From NCBI GenBank assembly GCA_964270895.1, contig OZ185439.1: 64,000 nt of DNA. One strand, given 5' to 3'. Below the pieces are notes generated by a model. The model was not told the DNA's origin. It searched no databases and worked only from the letters and a program-made list of their open reading frames with translations. This stretch comes from Podarcis filfolensis. Lineage: Eukaryota. A program made the translations under genes and the position numbers. Positions 12,455 to 26,179 of the stretch are shown piece after piece. How positions within the stretch are numbered: the stretch's first letter is position 1; every line of letters begins with the position of its first letter.

Positions 12455-13260
12455 TTCTTTTTTTGAAAAAAAATAATTTATTTTGCAAATAAATTTATTT
12501 TGCAAATAACAGATGGAAAGAGAGAGACAAAGAGATAGAAACATTGCCAGCTGACATTAACAATATTCCATCAATCCTAACTTAAAACATAAAGGCTTAA
12601 ACATACAAGGATTCCTTGTGTCCAAATAGGTTCCAAAATCAGATGGATGCTTACAAGCCATGCAATGGAACATAGAAAAGCCAGTGGGAACTTCAGACCA
12701 CTGAATAGTGGAAAGTCCAGCGTTTATCTTTCCAGACTTGCAATATAAGTTTCTTAGCCACCATAAGGATTTGTGAAATCCACTTTTGTTGTCCACCTGT
12801 TCATCCTCTGACTGTAGTGCTATAATTTAAGAGTGTCTGAACACCCACAGATATAAAGGATTTTTCCAGAACAGAGTTAAGATGAACAATAATTTCTGAG
12901 CAGCAAGAAAACATCCTGGGACATATTATACCTCAAAGAAGTGTTTTAGCATTACATTGCCAGCAAAAGAACTAGCCTGTTTTTTTCTGATAAAGGCATG
13001 CTGTGGAGTCCAATGTACTTGGAACACCAATGTTTGCTGAATAAATTTCAATTTTAAATCTAACAAAACAATACATATAGATGCTAAAGCAACTTTCCAT
13101 CAATTGAACTGAATGAAACACTCTAAATCTATATTCCATGCATCTCTTAAGTTCCTGAACATCAATTTACAGCATTCCAATAAAATTTTATAAACCATTA
13201 TTATGAGTTTAGCTTTCTGTGCAGATCCAATTATTTGAGGCACTCAAAGCTGATGGCCCA
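12455..13260 (-). mobile_element. L1-clade LINE ORF2 C-terminus and 3' UTR, decayed
   Basis: Minus strand VYKILLECCKLMFRNLRDAWNIDLE...QQTLVFQVHWTP, then CWQC (zinc-knuckle remnant) and QILMVAKKLILQVWKDKR. Confidence 0.78.
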
Positions 13261-13392
13261 TAAATTGACTCTAAAAGGTGCTGCAGTTGGATAATATTGC
13301 CCTTCAGGTCTAGTGGGTTAGTGGTGTCTGCACCACAAAACTGAAAATGACAACAGTTCTCCATCTGATCCTATTAACTGGTCTAACATATA

Positions 13393-13634
13393 CAGTGGTA
13401 TCTCAGGTTAAGTACTTAATTCGTTCCAGAGGTCCATACTTAACCTGAAACTGTTCTTAACCTGAAGCACCACTTTAGCTAATGGGGCCTTCTGCTGCTG
13501 CCGCGCCGCCGGAGCACGATTTCTTTTCTCATCCTGAAGCAAAGTTCTTAATCTGAGGTAATATTTCTGGGTTAGCGGAGTCTGTAACCTGAAGCATATG
13601 TAACCTGAAGCGTATGTAACCCGAGGTACCACTG
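13393..13634 (+). mobile_element. Tc1/mariner (Tigger/pogo-like) MITE, complete
   Basis: TA at 13391-13392 and 13635-13636; TIRs CAGTGGTATCTCAGGTTA / TAACCCGAGGTACCACTG; repeated internal taacctgaa motif. Confidence 0.9.
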
Positions 13635-16600
13635 TACATCCCACTATCAACCCCTTCTACAAAAATGAGGTTAATCTAGCTGTCCTTAACCACTGTTAGT
13701 GTTGATGCAGACATAACATTGAATTGAATTGAAGGGCAGGCAAGAATTTATGCTCCAAAATGGCAGGGAAGGAGGAAGGAGATAATTTGGGTGTATGGTT
13801 CCCCATTTCCCCCCGACACAGCTCCTTTTGACTGAAATAAAATTCTGCCTTTAGCTGGGGACTTGAGCATCAAGAGCAGATGGGCTCCAAAGGAAGAGCA
13901 ATCTTTTTTCCAAGCCAGTTGGACTAATGATTTTAAACGGGGTAGCTGAAGAAATAAAGCGGAAGGCAATATGCTTTGATGTATCCATGCAAAACCTGTG
14001 GAGCTACCACCTGTTCTTTCAGCTAATCTCTCAGAACAGTGCAGCTTCACGTGTAACTTCTCAGCGGAAGCAACCTGAAACCCTGTTTTTTTCTTCTTCT
14101 CGGCATATTTTACAGTTAGTATTTACATAAGAGGTAATATTTCTAGAAACTCAATCCTGCATTATGTGGCTTTATTATTAATTATTTATATAGTGCATTG
14201 CATATGCAAAAGCCTGCTCAGTACTTTTTCTTGTTTGTTTGTACACTTCTAAGGTAGGTGGTCTAAGGTAGGCGGTGGTAGTTTCTGCTGTATAAATGAG
14301 AAATTGAACCCATATGTAGGACTTGTAAGATTTGCATTGTGTATTAACAAAACCTTCATTCAGCGATCTGTATAACATGCCTAGTTGTGTTATTTGCCTT
14401 CATTTGCACCATTCCACTATCAGTTGTGTGGTGGAGCAGGGAGTTGTGCAGGAGGCTGAACTTTACCCTCACCCACTTCCACTAGAATCTTTTTCACCAA
14501 TTCCTCCTTTTGATTTCACCAAGCATGGCTCATATATTTAAAACTAATCTTTGCAATTTTTAAGGACTAGAAACTTGCTTTTCTAAAAGAATTGCTTTTT
14601 ATTGCTTTTATTTATTAAATTTATATACAACCTTACATCCAAGGATCACAGGGTGGTTTACAGTGTAAAAAATACAAAACTGAGATTCTTAATAAGTCAA
14701 ATTCTTCGCCAACTGCCATGTTTTAACATGTTTATACATAAAGATGGGTGAATCAGCATATTTCTAGTACATGTCAGCTTCACATGTATGCAGTCATAGG
14801 TCAATTTCATCCTGTCCCCCCCCACCCCCCCGGTTTAAATAGAAATGCACAAGACAATCATGTATAGCTTGTATGCATTTTATACATTTTCACCTGCATT
14901 ACACATTGAATTTTCCTGCAAAAATGCATTTTGAGTCTCATTTTGGGAACCAAAGCTATATTGGAAAAATTGGAGCAGTGCATAATCTGATTGATAGCTG
15001 CATTTCATCCACATATAACTGACCAACTAATGACCAACAAATCAGATCATTTCACTTTAAAATCTAATTCAAATGAATTTCTCTTCCTTCCTTACTTGTC
15101 CATAACATTACTGTTTTGATAGTTGCTCTAACTATGCTTGATATGCTGTCCAGAATATATATACCTCTGAATTCTAAAATTATCATGACTTTGCCTCTTT
15201 TGGATGTGAGATTGTCTCTAATCTAGAGACGAGGAACCTTTTTTCTACTAAGGGCCATTGACTCACAGGAAGTAAAAAAAAGGGAAAGGTTCCATGTTAA
15301 TTAATTGAAGGACGGATTGACCCCCTCCCCCCAGTGGGTCAATGCTTGAAGAACACCTTTGAAATTCAGGTTTGCTGTTAGTTGCCTGATCCACAACTTC
15401 TGAACATCTGAATGGCTTGGGCCATTTAAAATGTGTTTGTGGGAATATGATGTAATGTGTTGGAATGGGTAATAGGGAAGTGGGGATGATGTGAGAATGA
15501 ATCAATATTTCCCACAAAGAAAACAAGCATATGCCTGAATCCAAAAGAATGTACAGCTTTGAGCTTGTAATTGTTGAAGAACAGGCTTTTTGGCAAACTT
15601 GTTCTGCGACCAAAAGGGCTTTGAAAATTGCTTTGTGATGTGCATTTGGGAAGTACTGTTCAAAGAGACACAAATTCCACTGGTACACTCTTGTTTTTAA
15701 CTTATATTTACATATCTAATTAAATGCTTAAATGCATCTAAGACTAAACCTATATCTCAGAATTCAGATCTTGTCTTGGGAGTCTTTCAGTGTCTGCTAG
15801 AAGTCGTTCTGTTTTCTCTGTTGAAGAACTGTGGTATTTCCCCCAGGATCGTTCTTAATGGAGTTCAAAGTCAGTCAAATTCATCCCCAAGGATCCCCAT
15901 GATTTCATGTCTCTCTCCTCCCTCCATTCAGTGATATCACTCCTGTCATGCTGTGCTCAGCAGGTTTATATGCTGCCTATGGCTCAGATAAATGTTTGTA
16001 AATTAAGAAGAACCTCTTGGAGTAGAAGTCTCAGAGGAAATAGGATCAATCTGAATGTATTGATGAAGGATCTCTGGAAATGTAAAAGTCCAAATGTTCG
16101 GGGCATATAGAAACAGGGATTGCAATTAGAGATTTATTTAGTACATTATTAGTCTGAGGTTTTAACTGGAGACTCCTAGACCTACATCAAATACTGGTCA
16201 TTTTTTTGCTTGTTGTTACTAATTAGCATGGTCAAAGCTATAATTATTCATTACCCAAAATTATTGCCATTGGAAAAAATTATTGAGTACCATTATTTGA
16301 ACAAGTGGCAACAACCAGTGCAGATGGTTCTGCTGTCTATCAGATTACCCAATAATTTGGATGATAGCTTCCCTTTCTGCTGGTTGGCTTCTTTCCACAT
16401 GTCTCCCTGGAAGAATAACAACTACAGTCGGATGTTAGGCCTGTTTTACACTAGCTTTTGCTGTGTGTGTCAAAAAACTTCATGAGGCACTCCACTTTGA
16501 ATGCCATTAACAAATGTAATCATTCTATGATTTTTCTGCTCATAGCCAGATAAATCATCTGCCAAATTTCCCAGAGCCTCTTGTTGGTTGAGATGTAAGT

Positions 16601-19096
16601 GGAGGCTGATACCCATTACAAGAGGAGGGGAATCATGAGGTGGTGGCTTTTCCTTTTGACAAGGCAAGGCAGTTTTCCAAAAGCCACCTTACCAGGGTAA
16701 TATACTATCCCCTGCTTCTCTCTCACACCTGGTTTCTTCTAAGATGGTATGAGTATGGCATAGTTGAAGGATAATGGCAGAAGACAAATGGCAGCCTGAT
16801 CCTATGCAGGTTTACTAAATTCACTGGGCTTACTCCCAAATAAGGGTGCACAGTCCGTCCTGCAGTCTTTGGAAGTCTCTCTGTTCTATCTAGGTAGATA
16901 AGAATGCTGGAAGAAATGAGAAAGTAAAGAGGAAACCCACTTCTTCCTTAGTACTCTGCAACTTATTTCATGGGGATTAGCCATTTTAGAGTGGTTTCCA
17001 GAAATGTATGTATTGCTAAACATGACTGGAACCGCTTCTTAATCTTATTCCAGCAAAACCGAGTCTCCTGACTCAATATGAAAACTTTCCATGTTTAGGG
17101 AGTTCTCCCGCCATATGTTCTTACTGTGTGGTTTCAGCACGAGGCCAGGAAGTACGGAGGCAAAAGCTCATTTGATCTCCACAATACCCACATACCACCA
17201 GCTCCTATGGAAAGCAGCTGAACACGATCTTATCATATTCCTGTTGCTGTCTGCCTGGGTTTTATGTATGCCTGAATAAATACATTTTCGCTTTCCAACT
17301 GGCTTTGAACGTCTTGATTCAAAGATTGACTTTCATAGAGAGGTTTTAATTGCAACCCCCTCCCTGTGCACCAGTAAGAACCAAGCAGTTTCTTCCTTTT
17401 GTTGCTTAAATGGAAAGGAACAGCAAACATAATTGTTTTACTCCTGGTACCCTGAGACTTGTGTTTATTGAATAACAGACACTCCGGTATCCAATAATGT
17501 TTTAATTAATAGGTGATAAAATTGGGGTGTGGGCTGATTTTGCTGAAGAAACAGATTTGCAGTTTTGATTTTTCCCCCCTTTAGGACTGAATCAGCTCAT
17601 TAAGTACATCTGCTCATTAAGGTAACAAAGGGCCTACCTTGATTGCCAACAGAAAACAGTGATTATAGTGACTGGCAGAGCTCCAGTCCCTGAGATGAAC
17701 AAGAAGATTAGAGGAAGGAAATGGGCCAGAGATAAAAGCAAAGATTACAGTCCCATGTACTCAAGAGGACATTGCAGAATGCAAAGAGAAGATGGCTTTC
17801 TAGTTAGATGTGTAGGCTTGGGTGCCGATCATTCAAGGAATGCCAGTCGGCACAACAGGGAATAATTTGTCACCAAAACACTGGCTGCAAGGAAAGGGAA
17901 TGCAAATTAAATGAGTCACCAAATGAATGTTTTCTTTTCAGTTGTTAAAGGTGCCTCATAAGCCAAGTACCTGTCTGTCTGCAAATGCCAGCCTATGGGG
18001 ATAGAAAAGTTTGGCTGAGCTAGTTCCTGTCCCCTGGGAGTTAATGCCACCTTATGAGGTACTCAAGAATAGAAAGCAATGTTTTCCCTAAAGCCTGTAC
18101 CTATGGAGACTGGAGAACACACTCTGGGTTCAAAGGGCCACCCACTGCCTTGCAGTTCTGCTTGGCAAACAGAAGTTCTCTTTGCCAGTAGTGGGGTGGG
18201 CATGTGTTAAGTCATGGTGTGTTACCTTTAGCAATGCTAATTGGAACAAAAGAGGCCTGTTAGATGTTAAAGCTGCTGCTGCGCATGGAAACAGGTGTCA
18301 TATAGAAGTCCAAAAGGGCAAGGTATGTGTTGCTTTCAGTAATGTGTCCTTTGTGCTCTGATATATTTTTTGCACCAGGGACTGATGTTTCTTCAACAAG
18401 CTGAAATTCTGTATGAAAATGAAGGCTTTTTTGTCATAAGACTTATATTGTCTGTGATCCATCAGAAGGAGTCTGAGCCGCAGGGCACTAGTGACACCCC
18501 TGTTGGACATTTTTCCTAAGAAATTATGAAAGCTCAAAAAAGGTGTTTTTCTCGCTGTTGATTAATGATTAATTAGACCAGTGCCACCATTTTGTGTATT
18601 AATTACAGTCATTATTTTCTTCCTCATTAGTTAAGAGGTTTCCTTGGTTGTTTGGGAGATGCTAGAGAGTACCTGCTGTCTTCACAGAGCTAAGGAAATA
18701 TCAGTGTACATCCAGACCTCCTAATATCAGGTTTATTGAACTGTAAGGAGGATATTTATTAGGTGAAATTAGAAATCCTGCTATGCTTGGAGGAAATAGA
18801 GTTGGTGCTGTGGACTCTAAGGGACAGTAAAGGCAGTAAACAAGGACTAATGATATTGCTTAGGCTCGGAATAAGGGGAAATGTACTGCCTGTACCTGAA
18901 GGGTTTCCTACTGGGTAAATTAATCCAATACGTGTGTGTGTGCGTGCGCGTGCGTGTTCGCGTGGGCACTGAGATGTGTAGGCGATAGAATACACATGAT
19001 GTGTTTTGCATGTTAACCTTTGTGGAGTCTCCAAGGCTTTCAAAGAAACAGGTTGTTATTAATGCATATGCAAAACAGAGGTAAAAGGTAAGAGAA

Positions 19097-19466
19097 GTGG
19101 TGGCACTGTGGTGTAAACCACTGAGACTCTTGGGCTTGCCGATCAGTAGGTCGGCACATTGAATTCGTGCATGAGGTGAGCGTCTGTTGCTCTGTCTAAG
19201 CTTCTGCCAACCTAGCAGTTTGAATGAGTACCAGTGCAAGTAGATAAATAGGTACCACTGCAGTGGGAAGGTAAAAAGCATTTCTGTATGCTCTGGTTTC
19301 CGTCATGGTGTTCTGTCACACCAGAAGCAGTTTAGTCATGCAGGCCACATGACCCAGAAAGCTGTCTGTGGACAAACACCGGCTCCCTCTACCTGAAGCG
19401 AGATGAGCGCCACACCCCATAGTCGCCTTTGACTGGACTTAACCATCCAGTGATCCTCTGCCTTTT
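19097..19466 (+). mobile_element. Sauria-type SINE, older diverged copy
   Basis: tRNA-like head, ctgccaacctagcagtttga, gtgcaagtagataaataggtacc, gtcatgcaggccacatgacc, gcgagatgagcgcc. Confidence 0.85.
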
Positions 19467-21384
19467 TAAAATGCAAAGCAAAAGTAGCTTTTATTTATAC
19501 ACATTCTCCCTTAATTAATTATTTAAGAGCTTGCTTGTGATTTTGTGCCTTAGTTGATCTCCCCCACCCCCACTTTGGATTATGAACTTTCTGCATTAAC
19601 TTTTCATAGTCATCTGAGTCGAGCCAGTCTGATGCAGGTGTGCTCTTTCAGTTTTTCAGGGCAGCGTGCCTACCATATGCTGGTCATGATTGTTCTAATT
19701 GTTTAGCATTTGAAATACTTTTGTTGCCTTTCAGTTTGCCCAGAGATAATTGCTGGCAGGAGAAAGTCATGCTTTCATAGCATGTGTCTCCTCTTGTAGC
19801 TTCTGCACTGTCAGAAACAGTCAGCTGCAGCCATTTAGGAAGTGTGTGAACCAGAAGGCCAGAATGGGGTAACTTACTAAATTTAACCCTGAGCTGAAAT
19901 CAGATTTGAAACATTTGATCCTTTTTTGTTTGGATCTCTCCTTGTCGAAGTAAGAACAGTGAGACCTCACTTTCCCTCTGCACATTGTGTTCTGTGCAAT
20001 ATTGTGTTCTTGCACCTGGCTGCTGTACCTCAAAATTAGGGATTGCACGTTGAAAGCTAATTCATGCCACCATAAAGAGATGCCAGTTTACAAATGCTTT
20101 AAGTTTCTGGGGTTTTGATTGAAATTAGTGGCATATTTTCTGCCACTTTGAGAAACTGGTAAGACTACCTGTAGGGAATTTGGGAGGTGCTGCTGTACAA
20201 TTCACATTCATATCCCATTTAAAAGGTGGTTTTGCAACCCTAAGGGTCAGTAATCTATGAGTGTTCAGGGTGATGACAAGATGATAAATTCCTGGGGTCT
20301 GTTAGACTTCTGAGCCAGCCCAAGGTGATGATTTCTGATTTTGATTTATCGGAAATGTAAGAGGGAGTGGTTACTGTTAAAATCGTGAACAGATGAAAGG
20401 TCCCTCTTTTATGCTAGTGATTTTTCTCTCCCACCTTCATTTTTAATTTATTTTCATTTGCTTCACTGATAACCCTTGGGGTCCCTTCCAATTCTATGAT
20501 TGTTATAGCCATGTGTGAAAACATTACTTAGTGAAATATAAATTTTTAAAAGCGGGCTATTTGCAAATAGCTTTTTGTAGTTATTTTTAAAAGTTCAGTG
20601 AATAAAAAGCTAAATGCAGAAGAAAAACTGGAGCAGTTGCCTCATTCTGCCTCTTATCGATGAGCTTGTCAGCATGTTGGGTCTTGTGGATGAGCTCCAG
20701 CTTTGAAGCGTAGTCATTTATGAGAGAAAATTAGCCTGAGTATGATTAATGCTGTGCCTGACAATCTGACAGGGAGCTCCCTGTTGACTAGCAACAGTAA
20801 TTCTGCATTTCCTCCTATGAAAGATTCATCCATGACTGAAAGACCAAGCACAGTTCACATACAGCACTAAGCCCAAATCATAAGTTAACTGCAAGTTGTC
20901 CCATAAATGCTCAAACACACCATGTATCGTTTTTCTAAAGCTTTGACTGGTTTCCATCTGCTCTTGCTCTCTATCTTTGTAGCTTGATGAGCCTGGTTTT
21001 GGTGATCAAACAAACTGTGGTTAGAAAAGGTGATGGAATTCATGTAACACTAAACTGTAGTTAAAACAAACTATGATTTTAAGCCGGCAACAAACCATGG
21101 TTTCAGATAGTGATTTATTGGCAGCAAACAAAAAATAGTTAAGTTGCTGGGCAGGGTTCAAATGATCAATCAAACCATGACTTTGCTGCATGTGGCTCAA
21201 GCATTGGAATACCAGTTAAAGTTGTATTAAAATTCAGTTAGTGTGAATTGACCTCCAAGGAAATTAATGTCTTAGCATGGGAGGTAGATATGTTCTTGGC
21301 TCCTGGGACTTTTCTCCTCCATTTTTTTAAATGCATGTAAATTCCACTCCTGTGTCTTACATGTTGTGAACTGGGATTCTGTTG

Positions 21385-21775
21385 TTGTTGTTTCAATTTA
21401 TATACCACCCTTTATCTAAAGATCACAGGGTTATATACAACATTAAAAACTTAATTTACATAGTATAATAATAAAAGACAATAAAACAATATTAGAAAAA
21501 TATTATAATAATCCCCCCCATTTAAAAGGCCATAGATCATTTAATGGTGAAAGGCCATTTTTGACTGGTTCCACAATTACATGTCTTTAGGCACTAGGCA
21601 AGTCTCTCTGGGGAGAGCATTCTGCAAATGGAGAGCCACAACAGAAAAGGCCTGTTCTCATGTTGTCACCCTCTGAACCTCTCAGGGAAGAGAGACACAG
21701 AGAAGGGTCCCAGATGGCAAGTGCAGGGTTTGTATGGGGAGAGGCAGTCCTTAAGATATTGAGGTCCTGAGCACA
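21385..21775 (-). mobile_element. L2 LINE 3' end
   Basis: aatttatataccaccc...gatcacaggg tail, gagagcattctgcaaatggagagccacaacagaaaaggcc and tatggggagaggcagtcctt L2 segments; boundaries approximate. Confidence 0.7.
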
Positions 21776-22649
21776 CATGTGGTCTAATGTGGGTTCTAAT
21801 GTGGTCTAATTGGGTACTGTAATTTTACATGTGGACATAATAGATGGACCTCTTCTTAAGCATGAGTCCATTTCCACTGTTCGATTTTTGAACAAAGGAT
21901 CTATTAATTCAATACTAGTTTCTGGCTGCACAGCTTTTATCCTCTTTGCTCTGACTTGAGCACCCAGGATATTATTTTGGATGGAAGCTGCTTGTAGCTG
22001 AATGTTCCTAGCTTGATCTCCTCATTATTCTTTGGTCAGTGGCATAGCTTGGTGGACTGCAGGAATCTGTCATTTGAATTGATTCAGAGTGACAGCAGGG
22101 CAGGGAAGAGGTGGCGGAAGCTGCATGTCTCTTGCAGTCTTCACATCTGGCTCCTCTCTGATGAATTCAGTGAGCTTCGTTCGGATTAATCCATTATAGG
22201 AAGATGTATTGCAGTGCTGCACTGTGTATGGCAAGACGGAACTGGCGTTGCTGCTAGGATTGGATTTGCTGTGCAGATGACTAATTGTCCTGTCACCTTT
22301 TACTGTGTGGTTAGCCTTAAGTTGATTAGCTGTATAACAAAAGAGAGAGGACAAGGCAACATAACATACTGGAGAATAACATAAAATCCTGCTGAAGAAC
22401 AAGAGATTTTAATTGGAAGCTTGGTGGTTTTGGTCAGCAAGAACACTTTGAGAGCAAGTGTTCTCGAAAGTGGCAAATGGGGGTTTACAGCAGGAGCTCA
22501 CTGATATCCCACATCCACCTAGGCTAGCTTAGATTCTGCAAATTTGGGTTACATTTCAAAACTTACCAGTTCTTAAAGTATCTGCTTACCTACAACACTC
22601 ATTGACCTGCATCTCTTGCAGTCAGCGGAAGTAATGATAGGCGGTATTT

Positions 22650-22650
<1 letters not shown>

Positions 22651-22697
<47 letters not shown>
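22651..22697. repeat. (AAT)n microsatellite
   Basis: About 15 uninterrupted units. Confidence 0.95.
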
Positions 22698-22699
<2 letters not shown>

Positions 22700-23220
22700 T
22701 GTGACAAATTGAACAAAAGGGGGAAAAACCTCACAAAGATAGGTAATTTTGGTATATTTTTAGTATTAAATTTGAATGATGTTCATCTTCCCAAATTCTT
22801 AGGTATAGCCATTATCAGCCTATTTAAATTCATTTTAATCATTTGGGAGATCAGAACAAAAAATGTCAGGATATGTTATGACATCTGGGCACCAGCAAAA
22901 TTGCCCATTAGTATACAAAGTATGTGATTTACAAGTACCCATTGGCATTAATTTAGACTTAAACAGTTAATCATATATCTTGAGACACTACCAAAGTTAT
23001 TAATTAATAGTAATTCATCCACATACAAAGCTAATTTAAATTCTGCTTGCTTGTGAACAAAACCAACATTTGCCCTTACTTGCGATTTAGGAGAGTGGTA
23101 TAATGTTCTAATTCACTTCATATATTCTTGAGGAAATCAAAGTTTTTCTGAAGTAACAAACATAAATTGCCAGTATATTTTGTCAAACATTTTTTCAGTG
23201 TCCAGAGAAATAAGTGAAAC
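22700..23220 (-). mobile_element. L1-clade reverse transcriptase fragment with internal deletions
   Basis: Minus strand SLISLDTEKMFDKIYWQFMFVTSEKL*FPQEYMK*IRTLYHSPKSQVRANVG FVHKQAEFKLALYVDELLL INNFGSVSRYMIN, matching LDAEKAFD, LYADD and FSGYKIN motifs. Confidence 0.85.
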
Positions 23221-24549
23221 TGGATATTTGATACTTCCAAGGGCAGCAGCTTTGTGGGGTTTGAGCTTCATTGGAGTAAACCTTTAATTTCATTTTCCTG
23301 TAGTTCTTCCCTTCCACAACTATTCATACAGTTGAGTTAAGCACCCCAATACAGCCACTAAAGCTTTAAAGAAGGGTGGGAAGAGTTATGTAGAAAAATT
23401 CTTGCAATTGTGTGGTAGGAATATGAGGAGACAAGACAAATCAGCTATAAAGTGAACTTGAGAAAATGAATGTTTACTTAACCATCCTAAGTGGCCAATC
23501 ATCTTCTGTATTCCACCCAGTGCCAAATATCTTCCCACTCTCATCTAGAAAATTGTCCTGAGGTCTTATGATGAAGGGTGATATATAAATCGAATGAATG
23601 AATGAATGAATAGAAAAAAACCAACATTTATTTCTTACATTTGTATCCTACCTTTCTTCAATTGTGAAATCCAAGGTGGCATACTGATGTATTCTATTTC
23701 AATAAGGTGGTGGTCTTGTGTGCCTTCAGACTAAACCGAACAATTATGAACTGGGAAATGGGTTGGTAAAGAATTGATTTGTGACATGCATCCTACTAGA
23801 ATTCAATAAAGTAGTTTTGGTTGGGATAATTCCTTTGTGGTCTCCTCTGTCTTTCTATGTATGAGACCCTGTGCAAAATAAATTAGTTCATGAAAAGCTA
23901 ATGCTGAGTTCCTGGCTTTCTTCCTTTTCTGCATTAGACTGCATGAAAGATTGCTGTATTGGTTGGAAGGCTCTAATACCGTACTCTTATTCCTTGGTGT
24001 TTATCATTGCTTTAGTATATAGACCACACTCATTCTTTCCTGGCGGTCAGAAATCACTCTTCTGTGTGGACTAGATAACCACCTCAAATGTAAAGTCTGT
24101 GATCATCTGACAAATTGCTTGGAATACATTACTGGTGAAAAATGCAATCTCCTTAAAGGGAAACCTATTCATTTAACATAGTACTTCCAGGATTAATTGC
24201 TTGCCAGGCTAAATTGCTCCATAAAAGTGCATACTTTTTTATCCAATTTCTTCATGGCATGATTAGTTAGACCATTCCATGCTTTGTGTGCTAATTACAC
24301 TGGCTTTTTCTTTTCTTTAATTATTATTAATTCTTACACAGCATGTTTTGCTTTTAGTTTTTTGGCTGCTGCTTTAAAATCCTATTGCTGTTTCCTCTTT
24401 AAATATCATGTTGTGCTTTAGAAAACAGAGGAAGCAGCTCTACAAAATGTAGGCAGAGGGCAGCCCTTACTTCACTACCAGTTAGCAGTATTAGGAGCCA
24501 CAGGGTGCTAAATACTTCCATTTTATTTTCCACCCAGATGTCCTCAAAT

Positions 24550-24900
24550 TTGCATACCAAAAAAAAAATAGAATAAACAATGTTATTTCAAACAGAGAGA
24601 GAGAGCAAGAGCAAGAGCAGCAGGAAAATAATCAACACCAATGCAAGGAGGGAGAGCAAATAAATATTGAAGGCCTGTTGAAGTGAGACACTCTTCTCTA
24701 AATGTCAGAAGGTCAAATAAGGAAGGGGCCAGATGATCCTACCAAGTTTGTGTGCTGTAGCCAAGAGGGCCTTATCCTGTATTCTTTCCAGCTGCACATC
24801 TCACACCTGTAGGAAGCTGAGCGAGGCCTTTCTTGAAGACCTCAACAGATGGGCAAGATCAAGTGGGAGCAGGCTGTCTTTTAAGTAGACAACTTGGGAA
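24550..24900 (-). mobile_element. Old L2 fragment
   Basis: gtgctgtagccaagagggcc and gaggcctttcttgaagacctcaac...gggagcaggctgtc segments resemble the L2 3' end. Confidence 0.5.
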
Positions 24901-25214
24901 CAGAGAGGCTGAGGAATGTTTATTATGTTTGCTCTCTGTAACTGTTAGCAGAGATTGTATTTGATGGAGTTATTTTATAATAAGACACAAAGGTATTTCA
25001 CAGTGCAGTTCCTATACAGATTGGGCATCTCTCACATTTTTAAAGAAAGACTTAAAAAAAAAATTGTTCCCCAAAGCTTTTGATACAAGGTGTGAATTAG
25101 AGCTTTCTATTTCGGTTGAATCTGATAGTAATGTAGTCAGTATTTCTAGTTGTTTCAACATTTATATCTTGCACTAAATCTCAGTTGCCACTTAAGACTT
25201 TGTGAAGGTAAGTA

Positions 25215-25680
25215 ATAGTGTCTACTGGATTACCCCTATGCACTTGCTTATTGACACTCAAAAAAAAGGTTAATGAGACAGGACTTTCCTTTGCAGAAGC
25301 CTTGTTTCGTTTTTGGCAGGATTTGTCCTTTGTGCTTGATAATTTTATGCTTTCCAACAATTTATCTGGAATATATGTTAAGCTAACTAGCCTGCCATTT
25401 TCTGGATCCGTTTTTAAACACTGACATAACTTTGAGCACCTTACAGTCGCTTTGTACAGAGGCTGACCTTAGGAACATTTTATATATTTTTGTGAGAAGA
25501 TGAGCAATTCTACATTTGAGTTGTTTAAGAATTCTTGGAAGGATACCATCTGGGCCTAGTGACTTGGTTCTTTTCAGTTGTCAGTAATGTCTAGAACTTG
25601 TCACTACTATTTGCCTTGATTCCTCAGGCTCCCTTCCTGAAAATGGCAGTTCAGGCATGGGTATCTGCCCTACATCTCTG
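25215..25680 (-). mobile_element. CR1 LINE ORF2 (RT) fragment
   Basis: Minus strand KSLGPDGILPRILKQLKC (cf. KSPGPDGIHPRVLKEL) and GFCKGKSCLIN (cf. GF..GKSCLTNL). Confidence 0.85.
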
Positions 25681-26179
25681 AAGTTGTACAGTTGTGGAAA
25701 GAATGTACCTTGTAACTTCTTAAAAACAACATTTGAGTTGACTATTGCTTGAATCCACAGATAAGTGAATTTTGCAGAGCTACAAATCCAAGATAAATAT
25801 AAGAAAAGTCAAGAAATTAAGAAAAAAAGAAAAATGCCTAGTATCTAGAAGAGCACCAGAAAATAAATACTCCATGTATTGTCTATCCTTGAACTGTGTG
25901 TGCGCGCACACCCACTCACACCCCCACACCCCTTTGCCAGAACAAGGAATCAAGGGCACATTTATTTGGACCCATCTGCATTTTAGTTAGTTGCACCTGT
26001 AGTTCTGCTGAATCTCTGGCTGGTTGTCGACAACAAGATTTGGACTATAAATAGTTTCTCTCTTTTTTTTACCACGACCCCACTTCCAATCCTTTTACTC
26101 TGTCTGAGCATCCAAGCCCCAATGCCTTTCTTACATATTCAGACCCCCAAGATGTGCATTGGGAAACCCATAGTGAACT

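Noticed and set aside
25898-25911. Perfect 14-bp palindrome gtgtgcgcgcacac
   Set aside because: Arises trivially at a (TG)n/(CA)n junction.
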